This document shows positions 1-10,817 of a DNA stretch of 64,000 bases, in pieces (positions within the stretch are counted from its first letter, which is position 1; each line of letters starts with the position of its first letter). Source of the DNA: Marsupella aquatica (taxonomy: Eukaryota; Plantae; Marchantiophyta); NCBI GenBank assembly GCA_973895155.1, contig OZ316896.1:6686166-6750165 (forward strand), read 5' to 3'. The position numbers were made by a program, and so were the translations under genes. Below the pieces are notes generated by a model. It was not told the DNA's origin. It saw only the letters and a program-made list of their open reading frames with translations, and did no database searches.

Positions 1-2330
1 AGCTTAGATGAGTCTGCCCATTGACCATACCTGGTAGGAGCTCTAGTAGAACGATTGGAAGTTCTTCTAGTAGATGACTCATGCTGATCTGCTGCTGCTG
101 CTGGCTGAATTTGAGGCACCCCAGCAACAATCTGCTCCTCTTGTTCCATCACAAGAACTAGCTCCAAGCCCGGAGCTTCTCCATCTCTCCTGTCATGAAC
201 AACATCATGACTAATCTCCCCCTCAACCCGGTCTGGGATGGGAGATTTCCCCTTGTCAGTATGGGAGTCCTGAGAACTCTCCCCCTCCTTTGATGATCTG
301 GATTCATTAAAGGACACATCTCTACTGACAATTAACTTACAGGTTACTGGATCCCATAACCTATAACCCTTCACACCTTTCTGATAGCCAAGGAAAATGC
401 ACTTCTTTGACTTGGACTCCAGCTTGGATCGAAGTTGGGAAGGTGTAAGCACATAAGCATCACATCCAAAAATCCTCAGATGTGAGTAATCTGCTAGACG
501 TTCGTACCTCATTTCAAATGGCATCTTGAATCCAATAGAACTGGATGGAGGAAATTTTACCAAATAAGCTGTAGTGTTGACAGCTTCAGCCCAAAACTCA
601 TGTGGTAAGCATGATTGACTCAACATACTCCTCGAGCGGTCCAATAGTGTTCGGTTGAGTCTCTCATAAATACCATTTTGCTGAGGAGTATAACTTGTTG
701 TGAGATGGCGGGTAATCCCCTACTCCTTACAATATGTTCCAAATTCTCGAGAACTATATTCACCGCCGTTATCCGATCGAAGATATCTCACCTTGTTACT
801 AGTTTGATTCTCAACTTGGGCTTTCCACTCCTTAAAAGTGGCAAAAACATCAGACTTATTGTGTAGAAAGTATATCCATACATACCTTGAGTAATCGTCT
901 ATGAACGTGACATAGTATAACCATCCAGAATGTGAGGGAGTAGGGGCTGGACCCCACACATCACTATATACATACTCAAGTACCTCCTTGCTAGTGTGAG
1001 TTCCAACTCCGAAGGGTTTCCTGTGCTGCTTCCCTAGCACACAGTGCTCACAAAGCTCTAACTTACAAGATTGCAAATTAGAAAGTTTTTCTGAAGAATA
1101 ACCAAACCTTTTTCACTCATGTGGCCCAAACGGAAGTGCCACAGCCGGACCGTCTCCTCATGAGATAAGGTTACATTAGCTTCATCACAAACTACACTGC
1201 CCTCCAAAACGTATAGATTGCTATGTCTCTTTCCCTTCAATACAACTTTAGTACCAACTGAAACCTTAAGAACACCATTAGCAGAACTCCATTGATGGCC
1301 ATTTGCTTCTAAAACTCAAAGTGAAATGAGATTTTTCATCATGCTGAGAATATGTCTCACATTCCTTAACGTTCTTATAGCACCATCAAACATCTGAAAT
1401 CTTACAGATTCAAGTCCAACAACTTGACATGGGATTCCATTTCCCATCAACACTGACCCGTTGGAAACCATGTAAGAACTGAAAAAATATCTCCTAGAGC
1501 AAATGTGAAAAGTACATGCACTATCTAGAATTCAGTCATCACTACCTGGACTTGACACTACATTGAGAGCATAACCTTGGCATCACAATATATCATCATC
1601 ATCGAGTAAATCTACCTCATGCGAGCTCGATGCCGCATTAGCAGATGCAGTAGGGACCTTTACTCAATAATCCCTTTTCATGTGGCCAGGCTTGCCACAA
1701 TTCCAACATGCAAGAGGCTTCCTCTCTTGCGATTTCCCTCTGGATTTAGATCTCCCACGTGATGTAGATCTAAACCTGTTCTGTCCATTCGTGCGCTGCG
1801 CTGCTCTCCCACGGTTCACGTTCAGCGCAGTGCCAAAAGAAGATGCTATCTGTGATTGACCTAGCTTCTTTTGAGCATCATCAGACAGTAAAGAGCTCAC
1901 CACCTCATTATATGAAATGGACTTCAGATCTCTGTACAAGAGCACCTGTTTCAAGCCCTGATATGACGGCGGTAAGGAGCTTAGCAGAAGTAAGGCCTTA
2001 TCCTCATCTTCAACTCCTTTTCCCAGGTTTGACAGATCCACCGCAAGACTGTCAAACTCATCCATGTGATCCTGCATCTTGCTCCCTTCCTTGAGCCTGA
2101 GGCTCATCAAGAGAGACTTTTTGTACAGCCGGTCTGATGCATCTTCCCGGTAGTACTTCTCTCTTAGAGCCTTGAACAGTGATGCGCAATCCGCATAATC
2201 ATCCAGCAGCTTGATGATGTGCGACTTGAGATATAGCATCACTGCATTGACAACAACCACCTGCTTCTGTCTCCACTACTTCTCTAAGATCTCTTCCTCT
2301 CCATCATACTTCTTACTAGTTCCTCCTCAA
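1..2330 (-). pseudogene. copia gag-pol (gag, protease, integrase), with frameshifts and stops
   Basis: ORFs 1664-2260, 1058-1240 and 720-1076 are consecutive gag-pol fragments in different frames. Confidence 0.9.
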
Positions 2331-3308
2331 ATGGTAGCAGCTCTTCCTCAGACTCTCCGTCTGACCGTCGTGATCCTAAAGCTCCACTGACGCCAATTCT
2401 TCCAGTATCCTCCGAGTCACTCATATGAAACAATCACGAAAAAACGTCTTTTTTTGAAACTTCTCATAAAACTCAAAACTCAACACCACCGCGTAGCCCA
2501 CAAAGCTAGGAGTCCAATATTGAAAGCCGAAATCAAAATCAAAATTTGACGGAAAAGTTATTCAAATTTTGGTCGGGGTGGGTAAAACCTTGGGAAACTC
2601 CCCCGTTTTGACCACCTTGGAGAATAACCAAAATACCCACTACAACCCATCTTGGGAATTGCGATGTGATTGGTGCGCCGCGTTGCTAACTCCAATGGCA
2701 ACGTCCTCACCAAAAAAGAACCAAAAAAGTTACCGTTCGGCGGACGGAATCTTTGTCGAACGGCCAAAAACCAGCTCAGTAAAAAAAATTCCGTCGCGTT
2801 GCCTTCACTCCGTGTCAAGTGCCAATCCCGGGCTCAAAACAATCGCCTCGCCGCAATCAAATCGTTGAGCCGTGGCACTTTGCGTCTCTTCCATCAAGTC
2901 GGACGTCACGAAGAGAACCCCGGTTCAAATGGGAACAAGCTTCATAGCTTGTGAAAAAACCTGAAGGCCTCCTTCACTTGTCACGACCAGCTCGCTTCAA
3001 CCTTCAACTTGAGCTATAATGTGCGATCCCTCCCGCACCGCACAGCTCACACCGTTGAAAAACGTGAACTCAGGTCTCTCCCCCAAAATACCATTGAACA
3101 CGAATAAACCCTGAACGATGCAAACTTCAAATCCTCCGCACCATGGATACCGATCAGCGAGTTCTAACCACCGTTAGAAAGCCCTCTCACTAACCTATGC
3201 GCACAGCCACACACATTCGAGTTTCATGCGACGAAACTCCGAATGTACCATCGACAATGAACGTTGGAAAAAACCTGTCATAAAAAAACCTTGTCACCTC
3301 CCAGGCAT

Positions 3309-3320
3309 GCTCTGATACCA
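3309..3320 (-). promoter_or_regulatory. primer binding site, tRNA-iMet (TGGTATCAGAGC)
   Basis: + strand gctctgatacca lies 2 nt from the LTR end. Confidence 0.95.
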
Positions 3321-3322
3321 CT

Positions 3323-3668
3323 TGTTGAGCATAGACGACATTCGCAATGGCAAGCCCATGAACCATCCAACGCACAATAGTTGACATAGAGAGATACATG
3401 GTTCACCTCCACATGAGGCTACGTCCACGGGAACACACAAGAGCTTTACAGCACTCAAGGCCGATCGGCCATACCAAGCGTCCACAGCACAAGCTCTCCC
3501 TATCTCTCAACTAGCTCCATAACAATGAGCCTAAGTTCCACCAGGGTCTGGCATCAGCCCTAGCTATATATACAACAGCACAACCGCTAATATTAGCTAA
3601 GTCCTAACCAAAGTTAGACTAACTGTAGTTAGCTCATGAGTCAACAAGACTAAGACCAATATCTAACA
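3323..3668 (-). repeat. copia 5' LTR (~346 bp, TG...CA)
   Basis: tgttgagc...atctaaca; the first ~215 bp match the LTR at 14232. Confidence 0.9.
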
Positions 3669-4300
3669 CCCCAAAGATCTCCACAACAAACGGATAGAAG
3701 AGGTACCACACAACATAGGTCTCCTCCTTAAGTCGAACTGCCCTCGTAGTGGCATGGCCAGGAACAAAGGCAACATAAGCTACATTGGCCCCACTGGTAG
3801 GATCAGCAACAATGACGTCCCCAAGGGGGCCCAAACTCCAGCACAAGAGAAGACCAGATCTGCCCAAAATCGATCAGAAACTCCATCCCTTGGGACACAT
3901 GTCGTTGCTCCATCATGACATTCATGGTACCCAGAATCACGAGCAATGGCAGCCACCATGTCCCTAAGGGCACAAATTCCAGCACAAGAGAAGATTAGAT
4001 TTTCCCGATGTCAATCAGAAACTCCACCGCGTGGGGGTAACACATGTCATTGCTCCATCATGACATTCATGGTACCCAAAGACATGAGCAATGACAACAA
4101 CCGCGTCCCGAATGTCATCGTGTGTCGTAGTCAGCTCATTGCCATGACCACACCTGAGTATATGGAGGCCGTGCCCATCTAAGGGCGCACCACAGACGCA
4201 TGTGGGTTGACCCAAGAGGCAAGGGTGAGGGAGACCTAAGTAGTCATATTTGTGCGGATGTGGTGAAGATAAAACAACTCATACAAAAGGGAGCCCAAAG
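3669..4300 (-). mobile_element. fragment of an RLE-type (CRE-like) non-LTR retrotransposon: zinc knuckle plus restriction-like endonuclease
   Basis: Minus-strand peptides LGLPHP..CVCGAPLDGHGLHILRCGHG...HDDIRD and DVIVADP...AVRLKEETY...FYPFVVEIFG. Contains an internal ~135-bp tandem duplication (3832-3964 / 3973-4109). Confidence 0.7.
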
Positions 4301-4346
4301 GGGACTAGCCAGTAGTGTCACACCAAAAGCTTAGTCCTTACACGGG

Positions 4347-6618
4347 TGTGACGCCGGTGACATGGTCCTTATTCAATAATACGATGGAATTGGTATGCTG
4401 TGCACAGTAAGTAACTGTGAGATTGTAGAAGGATCAACGAGATGGCAAGAATAAGGGCAATCATATGTCGCGGGTGGTTGGCGACCGTATCTCTTTCAAT
4501 GTGTCGCCAAATCCGGATCTATAAAGAGCATTGGAAAGATCTGGTCAAGGCGAGTAAAATCGATATAAGACACTCGGGAAACGGAGGTGTATTAAGAAAG
4601 ATACGGCCTGGTTAGTGTGTCGGGTTAACTTGTGGCTGGAATTAGCGGGTTTGGCTTCGGTTTTGGGTTAACCTAAGCTTGGCCACGGCTTAGTTTAGGT
4701 CAGCCCGGCTTCAGCTTAGGCTTAGCCCAAGTTTGGGTTAGCCTGACCTCGGGCCCGGGTTAGGATAGGTCAGCTCGGGTTTGGGCTCAGACTAGCGGCT
4801 AGCAGACTAGCGGCTAGCCGACTAGCAGACTAGTGGACTAGCGGACTAGTGGACTAGCGGATAGCAGACTAGCGGACTAGCAGACTAGCGGACTAGCGGC
4901 TAGCAGACTAGCGGCTAGCAGACTAGCGGATTAGCCAGAGGCCACGGGTTAGCTCTACTCGGGCTAGATAGGATAGCTTGGTTAGCCAAACTCGGGTTAG
5001 CTATGTAACTCGGGTTAGCGCAATGGTGCGTACCCCCTCTCGGTTGCGGGGGCATAACTTTCTCTGTATTTGCCCAAATCGGCTATAATTGACCTCGTTG
5101 GAAAGAGGAGCTCAAGCCGCTTCCAACTCTGCTACCCACACAGCAAATGGTTGAATAGAGAAATCGGGAGAGGAGGCGCAAGCTCGTGAAAACCATGGAG
5201 GAGGGCCAAATCCGAAGTACATAGTCAGTTTGAGATAGAAATAAAGTTGCGAGTTAGGGTTTAGTAGTTAGATATAGTGGCGGCTCTGTTAGGGCTAGGA
5301 TGGGGTGCCAACAACGTAGCATCCACCCATTTGGGCTTAGTGTGAGAGTATATAGGGCAGCCCCCCGGTAGAGGCAGGGGGGGACTTCAGTTGTGTGATC
5401 TCACGTAGACTGAGCATCAGGGAGGAGCTCTGTGCAAGCAAGGCTGGACTTGGACGTCGTGTGTTGGGGAGAGCTGGGTTGTGCTATTACTCAGGGAGTA
5501 ATCAGCCAAGCTTCACAGCAACGGTTTGCCAGGTTTGCGAGCTGGATTGTGGCTCTTTCTAGTGGGCAGCACAACTGGGTTCTTTTCCCCCGATACATAG
5601 CCTTGGTGATAGGTGACGTATTGGTGATTGTAAACTGTGGGGAGGATTTTGATTGCATTTACGATGAGCACAATAGGGAGGCTGAGACACTGATCGAGGT
5701 GCAGCAGGAGGAGCATTTACAGTTCAGTTTGGCAAGGCTACGTGATCCATGGGGAGTCCCGGCCTTTGTCTGGTAGAGAGCACTAAGGGATTTATGGCCA
5801 GAGCTGAGCTTGCAGGGCAAGCATGAGGCCGGGCCTCATTGCAGTCTGGGGTAGATCGCCGTTAGGCCTGGTACCAGCTTTGAAGTCGAGTCAACTGTGC
5901 ATGCGTAACTTGACATTCTGAAATGGAGGTGTGAGATCTGTATGTGCCCCCAAGAATGAAGTGCAGTGAAGGAGGTTGAGTTCAGGATTGAGTTTGCAAG
6001 GCAAGTACGGGATTGGTTCGAGTCCAATCTGCCGTCGCAATCTGGAGTGAGTCGGGCTTAGGTTCAGGATTGAGCTTGCATGGCAAGCACGGGGCTTGCG
6101 GGGCAAGCACGTCGCAATCTGGAGTAGACAACCTTCGGGACTATTGTTCGAATCAAGTGTTCTCAGTGAACTATTGTGCACATCGTTGAATCTAATTGAG
6201 TTTTCCTCTCAGGCCTCATTTCTCTCATGGATGTGTGTGTGTGTGAGGCAATCTGAGTGTATGATGGGACTAGCAGCACCACTGAGAGGTGTACCGGGTG
6301 CATTGAAGTGGGTTGGGTGAGGGCTGTCATAGCTCTGATTGTTGAGAGTGGAATGGCAGAGTGGTGGGGCAATGGCTTAGAAGTCCCTAAGCCGGGAATC
6401 AGTCAGGAGTCACTGGTTTATGGGTACATTCCGGCGGCGGAATAGAAACATACCTATGACAGTAAGCATATGTATAGACCTATGCGCACCGTAGCGCTAG
6501 GCCCTGTGTGTACGGGCCCGATATGAAGACCCCTTCTCACCAGAACTATCATGAGCGCAGAGTCTTGCTATGATAGTCTGGTGTTAAGGGCATAAATTGG
6601 TGTTTACCGGCCTTCACA
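4347..6618 (+). mobile_element. related gypsy LTR lacking the ORF (copy B, ~2.27 kb, solo-like)
   Basis: Termini TGTGACGCCGGT...ACCGGCCTTCACA. Shares blocks CCGGTAGAGGCAG, GGGGAGTCCCGGCCTT and GGCTTAGAAGTCC...TTCCGGCGGCGGAA...ATACCTATGA with 23.9-24.6 kb. No clean TSD. Confidence 0.7.
4790..4935 (+). repeat. degenerate 7-8 bp tandem repeat (GACTAGC[A/G], GGCTAGC)
   Basis: gactagcggctagcagactagcgg... repeated through the interval. Confidence 0.9.
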
Positions 6619-7738
6619 ACATCCCTTCGTGATCCTCGAGTACAAGGAGATGGTTTTGGCACCCATAGTGACGTTTTTGGTGTTAAGACCCATGTCAATC
6701 GCGTGACAACGGGTTTTGGCTTCGGGTGGTATAATCTTCGTTAGTATTGAGGGTTTGGGCCAGGAGGGATGTGCTATATATCTTTATTTGTATGAACCAA
6801 GGCTTAACAACGCCCGACTATACATAGACACTCATCATAGGTATCCTTTGTGTTCCACTGCCAGAACATACCTTATGTCGATAGCTTTGACCAACCCCAA
6901 CTTAAGGACTTCTAAGACTTTGTGCTGTCCTATTTGCCTCCAATTCGGATCCGCTAATACGGCTCTCAACCCGGGCTTGCAACCATTATCCACAGTTGGC
7001 ACCCCGTGCGCAGCCTGCACAATGCGTTTGGCCATGCGTCTCTGCACGTATACGGGACTGATGACTATGATCTGCACAACATACAATCCCAATTTACACA
7101 AAGGAAATGGTGGGGTAAAGACTTTACCTCAAAATCCCATATACACACACAGGGTTGACTCGACTTCTTCTGAACTAATAGGCCCAATGGCAATGAGATG
7201 TACACTACAACAGGGCCCGACTCCACTCTTGTCCGGTGAGATAAATTAGTTCTACACTCACCCATTGGTGCCCTGTAGTCCCAAAGGCCGGGACTCCCCG
7301 CACATCCTGCAGGTACCCAATATTGAACCTAAAGTCCTCCCCCTGCCTCTACTGAGGGGTGCACTAAATACAGTCTGAGGGCCGTGGCCAGGAACAACTG
7401 ATGACGCTGTCTAACCTATCCTAAGTTCCTCTATGTGTCAGACCGCAAAATGGCGTGTCTTATTCCAAGATCTTGCACTAAGAGGGGTCGGCTAGATAAG
7501 GTAGTGTCGCTAACTAATTTTGGCGCATGTCTCCAGCAACCGACCTCCCTGTCTAATCTTGTCTCTATTCTAAACCTACCCCGTTGCTAATGTCTAGCAC
7601 GTTTGCCTAGAATGGTCATCCCGTTGCCTCCTCAAACGGTCTACGTCCTACTTGAGTAGCTGATCCTGGAGAGACTCTTTCTCTCTCTTTGCCGCATCCA
7701 TCTCCTCTACGGCATCTTGACATGCCTCCTCCAACTGC

Positions 7739-9633
7739 TCTTGAGATTATCTATTCATGTAAAAAATTCCGACATTATCTGCTTGGCTATAAAGTCATTT
7801 TCCACACGGATCATGATAGCCTGAAATATATGGTGAACAAAGCAGATGTTATGGGACGGATAGCCAGATGGGTCTTGCTCTTGCAAGAGTTTAACTACAA
7901 AGTTTGAGTTCGGCCAAGAAAGGCACACCTTAATGCGGATTTCTTTTCGTGATTAGACGGTGCACCAGTCGATCAGCCTATTAATGACACCTTCCCAGAT
8001 GAGGAGGTGTTCCATGTAGGGGAGGGCACGTCCACTTGGTACGGACCGCTCATTACTTTCCTCCTCACAAGGCGAATCCCTGATGGAATTAATCAAAAAG
8101 CCACAACAGTATTTTTACGCAAGGCTGGGCCGTACATAATGATACAAGGCCACTTGCATAAACAAGGCGTTAATGGGAAGCTGCAACGCTGCCTCAAATA
8201 CAAGGAGATGCTCATTGTCATGCAAGCTTTACATGAGGAGGATGCGGGGGGTAATTTTGCGGCCATCACCACTGCCCAAATTTTTTTGGATTTGGGGTAC
8301 TGGTGGCCTACCCTCCAGGGTATAACCACCGTGCCAGGAAATAGTAAAAAGGAAACAGCAAACAGCAAACAGCAAACAATAAACAGTAAACAGCAAAATG
8401 GATGATAATTTTTGGAATTAATTTTTTTGGTTTGTATTTTTGACATTTTTTTACTAGCGCCCCAAGCTAGTAATAGTAGCGCCTGGCGCTAGCCAAAAAT
8501 GATCGTTTTTAAAAATATTTTGAAAATTTTGAGTTTTAATGAGAAATTTTTTATATCTCATTTTTTCTCATAACAGTAAAATTTTGCTCATAATAGGAAA
8601 TCATTTTCCTGTTTCCTAGCACGGTGTAAAGCCTCACCCTCCATCAAGATGTACAACAATTCATTAAGGGTTGTGACTTGTGCCAGCGAGCCGGTGCCCC
8701 AAGGAAGTCACACAACCACCCTCTGACCTCCATACTTCCACTCGCGTCGTTCGAGAAATGGGGCATAGATTACATTGGGCCCTTTATACAAGTTACTCGA
8801 CGGCGTCAATGCAGTTACATCCTACTGGCCATTGATTATTCCACCAAGTGGGTTGAAGCCCAAGCTACAATAAAAGATGACGCGGCCACCAGTGCCCGAT
8901 TCTTGTACAAACAATCTTCACTCGCTTCGGGCCACCATTAGAGAAAGTCAGTGACCGAGGTACACACTTCATCAACAAGACAGTGGAATGGCTTACTGAG
9001 CGGTACCTGGTCAAACATCGTAAGACCACCCCGTACCATTCCAAAGCCAACGGGTTGACAGAGAGAGCCAATGGGATCATTGGGAAGATTCTCAACAAGA
9101 CGGTAGCCGCTCACAAAACGGATTGGGATGACAAGTTGTACGCCGCTGTATACTCATACAACTTGGCCTACAAAACTACCACTAGTCATAGTCCGTACTT
9201 TCTCATGTTCGGACAACACTCTCTTGTCCCTATCGAGTTTGAAATCCACACACCACGGGTTAGCATTCGGGATCGCTTACCCAAAGCCGACAGTTCTTCA
9301 AATAGGGCTTATCAGATTGAAGCATTAGAGGAAGCCCGGGTACTCGCAGCCCGACACGCAGCAAAGCAATAGGCAGCTTCAAAGAAGCAGCACGACAAAG
9401 GACTATGGAAGGTCAACATCATAATAGGAGATTTGGTCCTCTTGTACGATAGCCGGTACAAGCAATTTCCTAGGAAGCTGCATAATCGCTAGTTAGGACC
9501 TTTCCTTGTCAATCAGATATACCCAAATGGATCCATGGAACTTGCGACATATGCCGGCAACGTACTTCCCACACGGATCAGTTATGATTGTGTGAAGAAG
9601 TACCATCATCAAGACGATACCGCTGCTATATAG
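7739..9633 (+). pseudogene. non-chromovirus Ty3/gypsy pol fragment (RNase H, integrase)
   Basis: KFRHYLLG..FHTDHDSL..GRIARWVLLLQEF; GYWWPTL; FEKWGIDYIGP; TTPYHSKANGLTER. Contains stops and a MITE insertion. Confidence 0.9.
8318..8635 (+). mobile_element. MITE (318 bp) with 8-bp TSD ACCCTCCA
   Basis: TSD at 8310-8317 and 8636-8643. Imperfect TIRs GGGTATAACCACCGTGCCAGGAAA / rc GAGGCTTTACACCGTGCTAGGAAA. Removing it restores WWPTLHQDV. Confidence 0.92.
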
Positions 9634-10817
9634 TGATGTTTGCAAGGACGCTTCACAGTTAAGTAGGGAGCTATGTGACGCCGCCAACACGACAGGTAAT
9701 GAGTAATCCGACCTAATCCGTGCTTAGCATGCGCGCTACGGACTTAGTATGTAGTCTGTAGTTATTAGCATAACGACACTAAAATAGGTAGTAATCATGA
9801 ATAGGACATCATTAGTCAATAAGAAGCATTTACGCTTGGGCTGGCGGCAGAGCTCCACCTGTACCATCGGGTTATGAGCGTGGTATGAACGTCTCCCTTG
9901 GGTCCATATAACAGGTCAAGGAGGTGGCTCTCTGACACGCCCTGATCCAGACCTGCGGAGTGGCCGGTACACTGCAAACGTGAAAGAATTGGCCTATCAA
10001 AAAAGAGGAGGGGCTGACCGGACGACGAGCTCTCAGGGTGTAAAGGACGCCATTCTCTTGCATTGCATTGGCACTTCACTCCTCGCGCCAGCTTTGACCC
10101 CAGCTCGCCCAGTTTCTCCTCAGTCATCCATTGTTCCCTGTATGTCTGTCATGATTATATGTCCAATTCGGCCCTGTGCTTTTGGCTTCAATTTTTATCC
10201 ATTGGAAATCATCTAGAAAAGTCGCTTGCCAAATTCAACCCGTGTCAGTACAAAACCAAAAGACGGTACGAATGACTCATCCGTCTAGCCGGGAACTCTC
10301 ACTACAAAGGCGACTTCAACCTCTCGTTCCAAAGCAAGTTCTGCCGAGATGACAAGATTGCCAAATTCTTCTTTGACGGAACAAAGTACCTCGGCTTCAG
10401 AGAAGCACTCCTCCGGCTTCCAAATGAGGTCTTCACGTACGATTTTGGGCACAATAGACTTGCAGCGACACCACTTTGACCATATCCCCGCCAAAGTTTA
10501 GGCTTCCATAGACTATCAATTGGGTAGTACGAATACGGGTGAGTCATTTGTCCTGACATCACTTGGCTTACCCTTAGACTTGTTGAATCCGATGGCGCCT
10601 CCTCCAGCTACAACCATCACCAACTCATCGGCACCTTCATAGACACCACCTTGGCCTCAGCCAAGCCGATCTCCACCACTACCCGCACCACCCCTCCGGA
10701 TATGATCCGTGATGAACGTGGTGAACATCAATTCCAAGGATGAGGAAACTCATCCTTCTCTTGTCCGGAGGCCACCAGGGGCACACCAACACGGGTCGGG
10801 TAATACATCACCGTCCA

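Larger units (their letters stand above)
1..3668 (-). mobile_element. Ty1/copia LTR retrotransposon (Tnt1/Tork-like), 5' part; runs off the left window edge
   Basis: 5' LTR at 3323-3668 and Met-i PBS. Gag with CCHC knuckle (CWNCGKPGHMKRD, ORF 1664-2260), then GAG-pre-integrase (LWHFRLGHMSEKG) and integrase core (YSDVWGP, FIDDYSR, LRSDNGGEY) in copia order. Confidence 0.95.
4316..7738 (-). mobile_element. partial, diverged copy of the large gypsy LTR (copy A), interrupted by LTR copy B
   Basis: tgtcacaccaaaagcttagtccttac is the reverse complement of the LTR end at 26526. 6860-7360 carries the conserved LTR blocks in reverse. 7600-7738 is the reverse of the coiled-coil ORF end. Confidence 0.75.

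Noticed and set aside
6716-7249. 177-aa + strand ORF
   Set aside because: It lies antisense over the non-coding end of LTR copy A and has no recognisable motifs.
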